DNA of 11,708 nucleotides from a virus. Lineage: Duplodnaviria > Heunggongvirae > Uroviricota > Caudoviricetes. Below the pieces are notes generated by a model. The model saw only the letters and a list, made by a program, of their open reading frames with translations. It searched no databases and was not told where the DNA came from. The translations under genes and the position numbers were made by a program. The stretch is taken from the IMG/VR virus record IMGVR_UViG_2778261005_000027, one strand, 5' to 3'. Within the stretch, counting starts at the first letter, position 1; the number at the start of each line of letters is the position of its first letter. Positions 1 through 5,701 of the stretch are shown here, one piece after another.

Positions 1-193
1 CCGCTCTTCGGTTACCCGGGATTCACCTTCGCCAGCCAGAAACCAGGTGTGACCAGTTTTATCAACGACGCCATTTCTTTTGAGTTCCCACAGCTCGTTG
101 ACAGCCTCTTCACGACTGATATCAAGTCGCGCAGCCAGTTCTACCGACGTGGCTTTTCCCATTGCTTTCAGTGCGTCAAATACAGTTTCCATT
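1..193 (-). CDS. Hypothetical winged-helix-like protein, N-terminal 64 codons only (gene continues beyond window start)
   Basis: On the minus strand an ATG at complement 191-193 follows a GGAGGA Shine-Dalgarno (complement of about 202-207). The frame stays open to position 1 and begins [51 protein letters not shown], which looks like a helix-turn-helix. It sits where I recall ydaW in Rac, but I cannot confirm identity. Confidence 0.55.
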
Positions 194-213
194 AAAACGT
201 CCTCCAACAAAAA

Positions 214-960
214 TTACTTCGCAATTCCTGGCTGACCAACATTCGGACGCCAGCTCTCCCAGTTAAAATTCACCCATCGCCCGCCGTTCATGGTCATGCG
301 ATCCATAATCCGCTCACCGAGCAATGTTTTCATGGCCTCATAGTTCAGGTTTGTCAGCATCCCCACGCTGCGCATCGACGCTGTCCGGCGATCAACAATC
401 TGATGCAGCACCACCTGCTCGTTTTTCGTCTCGCGCTGAATGCCAATTTCATCAAGAACCAGCAGATCCACTTCGCACAGCTCCCGCAAAAATTTTTCGC
501 CTGACTGCCCGTCGTCATAGCTGGCGTGCAGGGCGCTCATAACATCAGCCACGGTAACCACAATCACTGTCTGACCGTCTTTCAGCAGGCGATTCCCGAT
601 AGCTGCCGCTAAGTGATTCTTCCCGGTACCAGGTTTTCCGCTGAACGAAAAATTTGTACACCCGGTCATCAGTTCATCGGCGATGGATTTCGCCTGGCTT
701 AACGCGTATCGCTGGCCGTCGTTCTGCACCTGGTAATTCGCAAACGAGCATTTACGGTGCAACGGCTGGATGCCAGAGCGATTCAGAATTTTTTCCACCC
801 GCAACTGACGATTCAGACGGTTGATCTCCTCGCAACGTTTCTGGCCTTCAGTAAGTTGCCACTCACGCCACTCCGCAACCGTTCTGAATGGGGCGGTTAC
901 ATGTGGTGGGGTCAGTCTGCGGATACGCTCCAGAACGCCGCCTGTCGCAATATTTTTCAT
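214..960 (-). CDS. ydaV: DnaC-like replication protein / helicase loader (AAA+ ATPase), 248 aa
   Basis: The ORF has a Walker A motif (GKPGTGKNHLAAAIG) and a Walker B motif (LLVLDEIG), typical of DnaC / IstB-like AAA+ loaders. It lies 6 bp downstream of the ydaU stop, suggesting translational coupling. Confidence 0.9.
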   Translation of the reverse strand: MKNIATGGVLERIRRLTPPHVTAPFRTVAEWREWQLTEGQKRCEEINRLNRQLRVEKILNRSGIQPLHRKCSFANYQVQNDGQRYALSQAKSIADELMTGCTNFSFSGKPGTGKNHLAAAIGNRLLKDGQTVIVVTVADVMSALHASYDDGQSGEKFLRELCEVDLLVLDEIGIQRETKNEQVVLHQIVDRRTASMRSVGMLTNLNYEAMKTLLGERIMDRMTMNGGRWVNFNWESWRPNVGQPGIAK

Positions 961-966
961 GGTCTG

Positions 967-1755
967 TTACCCCCTGAAGCCTGGCGGGATCGCACTGTCC
1001 GGCAACGAGACGGTGTTAACCTGTCGGAGCAACGTCTCAGGCCGAACACCTTTCGGTACGAACAAGCCCTGGTATTCATTGGCGATGCTGTGTCGAATCA
1101 CCTGCTCAGGTGTAAAACCCTGCTGACGGAATTTTTCCAGTTCCCGTATCGCCCCGTTAGCGCCCTGCTCCGTTCGAATCGGTTTTCGCAATGCCTGCCT
1201 GAACTGAACCCACTCATGCCAGAGTGTTTCCGGCAACCAGTCAGGCAGCTCGATAGCCTCCGGCTCGAATTTTTTAGACGCTCGTTTTTGGCGAGGGGGA
1301 TTTAGGGGGAGATCAGTATTTATATCTTCCTCTTCCTCTTCCTCTGGTAACGCTTTTTGATCCGTTTGTGTAACGCTGCCAGCGTTACCTTTTCGTTTCA
1401 GTTCGCGTATTTTTGTAACTCGCTCGTTTGTAACCGCCCGTTTTTTAGAGCTTTTCCCGTTATGACGTTCAAAGTTAGGTAGAGAAAGCCCACCGTCATT
1501 TTCGACCAGCCATCCAACCTGAATTAACGCATCAGCAAAACCAGCCATAAAAGTGATGCGATCTATTGCACTTTTTGTAACGCCGCGAGCGTTACAATCT
1601 GCATTACCGTCTATCATTTGTTGATCCGCCCATGCCCAGAAGCGAATAACCTTCCCTAATGCGGCATCTGGATCAATATTCAGAATCTCAGCAAGCCTGA
1701 ATATTTCCGGCTTATCCGGCGTAATAACCTCGAGCTTTATCCAGTTTGAAGCCAT
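967..1755 (-). CDS. ydaU: Putative phage replication initiator (lambda O-like role), 262 aa, with acidic poly-Glu linker
   Basis: Long ORF directly upstream of the DnaC-like gene, preceded by an AGGTGA Shine-Dalgarno. It contains an EEEEEED linker encoded by a (TCTTCC)3 repeat and embedded palindromic repeats. My recollection of K-12 YdaU is 285 aa, so this allele may differ in length. Confidence 0.8.
   Translation of the reverse strand: MASNWIKLEVITPDKPEIFRLAEILNIDPDAALGKVIRFWAWADQQMIDGNADCNARGVTKSAIDRITFMAGFADALIQVGWLVENDGGLSLPNFERHNGKSSKKRAVTNERVTKIRELKRKGNAGSVTQTDQKALPEEEEEEDINTDLPLNPPRQKRASKKFEPEAIELPDWLPETLWHEWVQFRQALRKPIRTEQGANGAIRELEKFRQQGFTPEQVIRHSIANEYQGLFVPKGVRPETLLRQVNTVSLPDSAIPPGFRG
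1369..1389. repeat. Palindrome copy 1 (TGTAACGC-tgcca-GCGTTACc) inside ydaU, flanked by extra GTAAC half-sites at 1346-1353, 1414-1419 and 1428-1434
   Basis: Read directly from the sequence: 8-bp inverted arms separated by 5 bp, with 7 of 8 arm positions symmetric. Confidence 0.75.
1576..1596. repeat. Palindrome copy 2 (TGTAACGC-cgcga-GCGTTACA) inside ydaU
   Basis: Read directly from the sequence: perfect 8-bp inverted arms with a 5-bp spacer. Confidence 0.8.
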
Positions 1756-1767
1756 TTGTTTTCACCT

Positions 1768-1788
1768 TGTAACGCTCGCAGCGTTACA
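1768..1788. repeat. Palindrome copy 3 (TGTAACGC-tcgca-GCGTTACA), 13-33 bp upstream of the ydaU start codon
   Basis: Read directly from the sequence: perfect 8-bp inverted arms with a 5-bp spacer, lying in the ydaT-ydaU intergenic region next to the ydaU ribosome-binding site. Confidence 0.8.
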
Positions 1789-1832
1789 TTTAACTGATAC
1801 CGAACAAAACAATCCGGCACGATTAATTTCAA

Positions 1833-2255
1833 TCAATGCACTACGACAGAATCGCCGGGCGACCCACCACCGCTGAAATGTGCTTTCCGGTAAACGGCCT
1901 GGACTGCATCATCATGCGCATCAATTGCCGTACTCAACGCTTCCTGCGCCGCCAGTAATGCACGGCGTTCCAGGGTATCGAAGATGCAGAGTCGGTGACG
2001 CAGCTCGCGCGGAAGAATTGCCAGAACCGCAGGGATCAGTTTCTGAATTTTTTCCCTTTGCGCTTTCGTTTCACCTTTTAACCAACGGTGATAGATGTTC
2101 TGCTGATTATTCCAGTCCTTGCCTGGTACCAGGGGCAATTCGCCGCCTCCCTGGCGCAGATATTCTTCAGTAATTGCACTGGCTACCCATGCCTGCCCTT
2201 TTTCAGCTGCCAGGGCTAACAGCACTGATTCGATGTGCTCATGCCTGATTTTCAT
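1833..2255 (-). CDS. ydaT: Rac prophage YdaT-type protein (toxic / CII-like regulator), 140 aa
   Basis: The 140-aa ORF has an AGGAG Shine-Dalgarno 8 nt upstream of the ATG at complement 2253-2255. Length and position after the Cro-like gene match my recollection of K-12 YdaT. It overlaps the ydaS stop by 17 bp. Confidence 0.8.
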   Translation of the reverse strand: MKIRHEHIESVLLALAAEKGQAWVASAITEEYLRQGGGELPLVPGKDWNNQQNIYHRWLKGETKAQREKIQKLIPAVLAILPRELRHRLCIFDTLERRALLAAQEALSTAIDAHDDAVQAVYRKAHFSGGGSPGDSVVVH

Positions 2256-2514
2256 GAATCAACTCCTGTGTATTTTGTGTGTTAGCCTTACATCCAACAG
2301 GTAAACCGTCGGTTGGATTCGGGTAGATATCAGGCCGGAGTTCATGAGGTGTAACCTCGAAATTCGTTACTTCAGCAACACGTAATGCTTTTTCAGGGCT
2401 GAATCTTTCATAGCCCCCCAGCACTCGACTTACATGCACCTGAGATAAACCCGTTAGCTTCCCAAACTGTAGCTGGGTGATATGTTTCTCTTTTAAATAG
2501 TCTCTTAAGTTCAT
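2239..2514 (-). CDS. ydaS: Cro-like helix-turn-helix regulator, 91 aa from ATG (ORF track extends to a TTG at 2520)
   Basis: Helix-turn-helix segment ITQLQFGKLTGLSQVHVSRVLGG. An AGAAGG Shine-Dalgarno lies 6 nt before the ATG at complement 2512-2514. The gene is divergent from racR, the classic cro/cI-like arrangement. Confidence 0.8.
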   Translation of the reverse strand: MNLRDYLKEKHITQLQFGKLTGLSQVHVSRVLGGYERFSPEKALRVAEVTNFEVTPHELRPDIYPNPTDGLPVGCKANTQNTQELIHENQA

Positions 2515-2621
2515 AGCCAACCTTCTACGTTATGCCTCGAGCAAATATTAGCCCTACTAATTTTAAAGATCAATAGTCAGACTATCTTTGATAATATTGG
2601 TAAAACAAATAAACTCTATGT
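2515..2621. promoter_or_regulatory. Divergent racR / ydaS promoter-operator region with an imperfect palindrome ATAGTC-a-GACTAT at 2573-2585
   Basis: AT-rich intergenic region. A candidate ydaS promoter on the minus strand has -35 TTGATC (complement 2568-2573) and -10 TAATAT (complement 2545-2550), 17 bp apart. A candidate racR -10 (GATAAT) lies at 2590-2595. The palindrome sits between the two, as expected for a repressor operator. Confidence 0.5.
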
Positions 2622-3083
2622 ATGAAAAAAACACGCGAAGTGATTGCAACTCCAGAAGCGAGCAAGAATTTAAAAGCCGCATGGAATGCAAGAAAAAAAG
2701 AGCTGAAGCTGACTCAAGAGTTGGCGGCTGAGTTGTTGGGATTCGAATCTCAAGGCACCGTTAGCCAGTATCTGAACGGCAAGATACCGGTAAATACCGA
2801 CGCTGCGCTAAAATTTGCGGCTCTGTTAAAGGTAAAACCAGAGGACATTCGAGAAGACCTTAAAGACTTAATGAATTATGTAAGATCATCAGATACTTAT
2901 GATGATAGCTTTTCAGGCAAAGGATGGAGGCTGGTCAATGAAGAACAGGCAGAGTTACTTAACCTCTTCGAGATTCTACCTGCGTCAGAAAAAGCCAAAC
3001 TCCTTAACCAGCTACGTGGACTAAACAAGCTCTACGAGGAAGCCTTCGAGAACATGCTGGCACTAAAGAAACGTAACCAGTAG
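2622..3083 (+). CDS. racR: Prophage repressor (CI-like) with N-terminal helix-turn-helix, 153 aa
   Basis: Helix-turn-helix segment LTQELAAELLGFESQGTVSQYLNG. The gene is divergent from the Cro-like ydaS and followed by a bidirectional terminator. My recollection of K-12 RacR is 158 aa, so the start or allele may differ. Confidence 0.8.
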   Translation: MKKTREVIATPEASKNLKAAWNARKKELKLTQELAAELLGFESQGTVSQYLNGKIPVNTDAALKFAALLKVKPEDIREDLKDLMNYVRSSDTYDDSFSGKGWRLVNEEQAELLNLFEILPASEKAKLLNQLRGLNKLYEEAFENMLALKKRNQ

Positions 3084-3109
3084 CCACCGCTCACTACCCC
3101 ACCCACAAC

Positions 3110-3143
3110 AAAAAAAAACCGACGTCTTAGTCGGTTTTTTTTG
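3110..3143. terminator. Bidirectional rho-independent terminator after racR
   Basis: A9 tract, then stem CCGAC / GTCGG (3119-3123 and 3130-3134) with loop GTCTTA, then a T8 tract (3135-3142). The A-tract/stem/T-tract symmetry allows termination in both directions. Confidence 0.75.
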
Positions 3144-3199
3144 TGCCATAACTTCTGCAAATCAGCTGTATAACTAATATTTTTCCCTTGAAAAAACAT

Positions 3200-3268
3200 T
3201 TACATAGTTACAAAATCAAAAATATAATACGCCTTGCTGTTGACTTAAAATATACGTGTCACTAATAT
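3200..3268 (+). promoter_or_regulatory. Two tandem sigma70-like promoters for the early-left operon (pL analogue)
   Basis: P1 is TTACAT (3200-3205), 17 bp, TATAAT (3223-3228). P2 is TTGACT (3240-3245), 17 bp, TAATAT (3263-3268). Both lie downstream of the racR terminator and upstream of ydaG. Confidence 0.55.
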
Positions 3269-3335
3269 TTCTATCGAGAACAGCACGGCGCTGTAGGTTT
3301 TAGTTCCGCCACCCGGCGTTAAGGGGAGAGATAAA

Positions 3336-3470
3336 ATGGTGCATTACGAAGTAGTTCAGTATTTGATGGATTGTTGCGGTATCACTTACAGCCAAGCTGT
3401 ACAGGCTCTACGCAGCAACGACTGGGATCTCTGGCAGGCAGAAGCCGCTATATGCAGCAACAAGATGTGA
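3336..3470 (+). CDS. ydaG: Small Rac prophage protein, 44 aa (MVHYEVVQYLMDCCGITYSQAVQALRSNDWDLWQAEAAICSNKM)
   Basis: I translated this by hand; it is below the ORF-track length cut-off. An AAGGGGAGAG Shine-Dalgarno precedes the ATG at 3336. The 44-aa length and position match my recollection of K-12 YdaG. Confidence 0.75.
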   Translation: MVHYEVVQYLMDCCGITYSQAVQALRSNDWDLWQAEAAICSNKM

Positions 3471-3480
3471 GATTCGCAAA

Positions 3481-3636
3481 ATGCAAAAAATCGACCTCGG
3501 CAACAACGAATCCCTAGTGTGTGGCGTGTTCCCCAACCAGGATGGAACGTTCACCGCCATGACGTATACCAAAAGCAAAACGTTTAAAACCGAAGCTGGC
3601 GCACGTCGTTGGTTGGGAAGACATTCAGGTGAGTAA
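3481..3636 (+). CDS. ydaF: Small Rac prophage protein, 51 aa (MQKIDLGNNESLVCGVFPNQDGTFTAMTYTKSKTFKTEAGARRWLGRHSGE)
   Basis: I translated this by hand. The 51-aa length and position match my recollection of K-12 YdaF. Its TAA stop (3634-3636) lies 1 nt before the next ATG. Confidence 0.75.
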   Translation: MQKIDLGNNESLVCGVFPNQDGTFTAMTYTKSKTFKTEAGARRWLGRHSGE

Positions 3637-3637
3637 A

Positions 3638-4000
3638 ATGAACGAGACAGAATTAAAACACGTTATCGCTCTGCTTCTGGAGGATGCAAAGCGCCTCCAG
3701 CAGCTGGAACCAAATGCAGGCACTGAAGAACGAATTATTATGGCTAATAAAAGTCTACATTCTGCATATGATACAAATACAAAGCAAACAGATAAAAATA
3801 TTATTGTTTATGGGCACAGCGTTAACAGAGAATTTGCTTACTTTGTTCTGGAAAAATATCAACCTACATTTTGCCGGATAATAGAAGAACTAACATTAAA
3901 AGGCAAAGATAAAGAGTTTGTTGAAAATGCTGTGGCAACGGCAAGCGCAGCAGCCGTTGCCAGTATCAAATCAATGATTACTCTAGCGATTAACCAATAA
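3638..4000 (+). CDS. Hypothetical protein, 120 aa (ORF track gives 123 aa from GTG 3629); AT-rich cargo gene in the position sieB occupies in K-12 Rac
   Basis: A GGTGAG Shine-Dalgarno lies 4 nt before the ATG at 3638, consistent with coupling to ydaF. The gene is visibly more AT-rich than its flanks (by eye). I recognise no domain. The C-terminus AVATASAAAVASIKSMITLAI is moderately hydrophobic. Confidence 0.6.
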   Translation: MNETELKHVIALLLEDAKRLQQLEPNAGTEERIIMANKSLHSAYDTNTKQTDKNIIVYGHSVNREFAYFVLEKYQPTFCRIIEELTLKGKDKEFVENAVATASAAAVASIKSMITLAINQ

Positions 4001-4169
4001 ACCCAGGGGGGATATCACGCTGAGGCGGGTTAAGAAGCTCGGTAAACTCCGCTCTCAGGCGTTGAACTTCTGAAATAAAATCGGCTTCACTGCAATCCCA
4101 GCCTTTGGGGTGCTTAAGTCGCAAATATTCAAAAACTAACGAATCAATTTCATTCATATTGGATAGCAC
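3990..4169 (-). CDS. Hypothetical small protein, about 59 aa from GTG (55 aa from ATG at complement 4155-4157), ending DIPPGFIG like YdaU
   Basis: An AAGGAGA Shine-Dalgarno lies 6 nt upstream of the GTG at complement 4167-4169. An extended -10 promoter element (TGgTATACT) lies at complement 4203-4211. The C-terminal ...ELLNPPQRDIPPGFIG matches the YdaU C-terminus ...ETLLRQVNTVSLPDSAIPPGFRG using different codons. The longer 115-aa ORF-track version has no Shine-Dalgarno and would contain this promoter. Confidence 0.5.
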   Translation of the reverse strand: MLSNMNEIDSLVFEYLRLKHPKGWDCSEADFISEVQRLRAEFTELLNPPQRDIPPGFIG

Positions 4170-4354
4170 AATTATTCTCCTTACTGGTTGTGTGAGAACT
4201 CCAGTATACCACCGAGCCTGAAGTGGTAAAAAGACAGGCGCACAACACGAAGGCGCATTTCCGGTATCCATAAAGAGTCGGTCTTGTCTGTTAAATTTAA
4301 ATGGTGGGAGTGCGCCTCCGGTTGTAAATAACGACATTGCTGTGTCTAGTCTTT

Positions 4355-4398
4355 GGCGGCATCAGTTCTACTCCGTAGCTGCCCTGCCGCCCCTTTTT
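4355..4398 (+). terminator. Plus-strand rho-independent terminator: GC-rich compound hairpin followed by a T5 tract
   Basis: Outer stem GGCGGCA (4355-4361) pairs with TGCCGCC (4385-4391). Inner stems are CAG/CTG and CTAC/GTAG with loop TCC. A T-tract follows at 4394-4398. On the minus strand the hairpin is followed by AAAG, so it acts in the plus direction only. Confidence 0.6.
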
Positions 4399-4581
4399 AA
4401 AGTGAATTTTGTGATGCGGTGAATGCGGCTAAGCGCACGCGGAACAGTTAAAAAGCTATTGTCCTTCGTAGCAGAGTTATGGGTGAAATATCCGGCGTTA
4501 ATTGTTAACTGGTTAACGTCACCTGGAGGCACCAGGCACCGCATCAACAAAGTTCACTTCAGTGATGAAAGGTGAGAGAAA

Positions 4582-5433
4582 ATGTTGAATGTAGCTATTG
4601 AAAACCAGAACGGGTGGAATTATAGTGCACCTGCACCTCATAAAGCGGGTGCCGGGCGTGGAAACCCGATGATGACTACTGCGCATAACCGCGCTCAGGC
4701 GGTTTTTTTATGCGTAATGCACAGCCACATTCAGATTATGGTGGGGCGTGCAGGGCAGCCGAAAGGCTGGCCGGTTTCGGTAGTCACCGGTATTTCCACC
4801 CCTGTACGTCTCACCACCCTTATGGTCGTGGAAAGCCTTGGTGGTGAGTTATTTAAACTGACTATCGAGGCTGCCATCATGGCTACTATCCCTACCCTTT
4901 CTCACCCTGACGTAACCATCGAAAATGGTCGTGCTGCCACTACGTCTGTTGCAGTTGCAGAGTTTTTCCGCAAGCTGCATAAAAACGTCATTCAAAAAAT
5001 TGAAGCTCTGGAATGTTCCTCAGAATTCACTGAGCTTAATTTTAAGCCAAGTGAATACACCGACTCAACCGGGCGCAAACTCCCAATGTACCAAATCACC
5101 AAAAACGGCTTCGTTTTCCTGGTGATGGGTTTCACTGGCAAAAAAGCCGCTGCATTCAAAGAGGCCTACATCGCTGAGTTCGACCGCATGGAAGCAGAGC
5201 TACGCCAGAATAATACCACTCCCACAAACAAAATCATTCCGGGCGATGGGCGCACTCTGGTTGTTCGCTTCGACAAATTCGGCAACGTCGAATTCACTGA
5301 AACCGTTCCTGATGGCGCTCTCGTCTGTACCCTGGACACTTTCCGCCTTTATCTGGAGAAACAGGGCTGGACTCTTGTAAACCGAAGCGCAATTAAAAAT
5401 ATGACCGTCGAGCAGTTGCTGAGTATTAAATAG
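4582..5433 (+). CDS. Rha-family phage regulatory protein (longest ORF 283 aa; Rha-like domain begins near an alternative ATG at 4879, giving 184 aa)
   Basis: The segment TTSVAVAEFFRKLHKNVIQKIEAL ... YQITKNGFVFLVMGFTGKKAAAFKEAYIAEFDRME resembles the conserved Rha (Phage_pRha) N-terminal domain as I remember it. Both the ATG at 4582 (GGTGAG Shine-Dalgarno) and the ATG at 4879 (GAGG 8 nt upstream) are plausible starts. Confidence 0.6.
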   Translation: MLNVAIENQNGWNYSAPAPHKAGAGRGNPMMTTAHNRAQAVFLCVMHSHIQIMVGRAGQPKGWPVSVVTGISTPVRLTTLMVVESLGGELFKLTIEAAIMATIPTLSHPDVTIENGRAATTSVAVAEFFRKLHKNVIQKIEALECSSEFTELNFKPSEYTDSTGRKLPMYQITKNGFVFLVMGFTGKKAAAFKEAYIAEFDRMEAELRQNNTTPTNKIIPGDGRTLVVRFDKFGNVEFTETVPDGALVCTLDTFRLYLEKQGWTLVNRSAIKNMTVEQLLSIK

Positions 5434-5479
5434 TTTTCTGGAATTTTCTTAATACGAGAAATTTATTAAGGAGATAATT

Positions 5480-5701
5480 ATGATTGCTCATCACTTCGGA
5501 ACTGATGAAATACCACGTCAGTGTGTGACTCCTGGCGATTATGTTCTTCATGAAGGCCGGACATATATCGCCTCGGCAAACAATATTAAAAAGCGAAAAC
5601 TTTATATTCGTAGCCTGACTACAAAAACATGCATTACTGACTGCATGATTAAAGTCTTCCTCGGTCGTGATGGTTTACCTGTAAAGGCGGAGTCATGGTG
5701 A
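5480..5701 (+). CDS. kilR: Rac prophage killing protein KilR (cell-division inhibitor), 73 aa
   Basis: An AAGGAGA Shine-Dalgarno lies 5 nt before the ATG. The 73-aa length and sequence ([14 protein letters not shown]...) match my recollection of K-12 KilR. Confidence 0.85.
   Translation: MIAHHFGTDEIPRQCVTPGDYVLHEGRTYIASANNIKKRKLYIRSLTTKTCITDCMIKVFLGRDGLPVKAESW

Noticed and set aside
324-1305. Plus-strand ORFs 324..542, 757..1305 and 821..1126
   Set aside because: They lie antisense to or overlap ydaV and ydaU, which carry clear Walker motifs and translational signals. No ribosome-binding sites were seen, so they are probably shadow frames.
1880-2304. Plus-strand ORFs 1880..2173 and 2119..2304
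   Set aside because: They are antisense to ydaT and ydaS, and the encoded sequences are Pro/Arg/Cys-rich and not protein-like.
3629-3881. GTG start at 3629 for the hypothetical gene, and the overlapping ORF 3684..3881
   Set aside because: The ATG at 3638 with a GGTGAG Shine-Dalgarno, right after the ydaF stop, is the more conventional start, though the GTG is not excluded. The 3684..3881 ORF is an alternative frame inside the same gene with no start signals.
3990-4337. The 115-aa version of the minus-strand ORF starting at complement 4335-4337
   Set aside because: There is no Shine-Dalgarno upstream of that ATG, and the extension would contain the extended -10 promoter and the strong Shine-Dalgarno that serve the internal GTG/ATG start. 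The short 55-59 aa form is preferred.
4368-4550. Minus-strand ORF 4368..4550 (60 aa)
   Set aside because: It spans the terminator hairpin and the GTTAAC palindromes in an intergenic regulatory region, with no ribosome-binding site. It is probably not coding.
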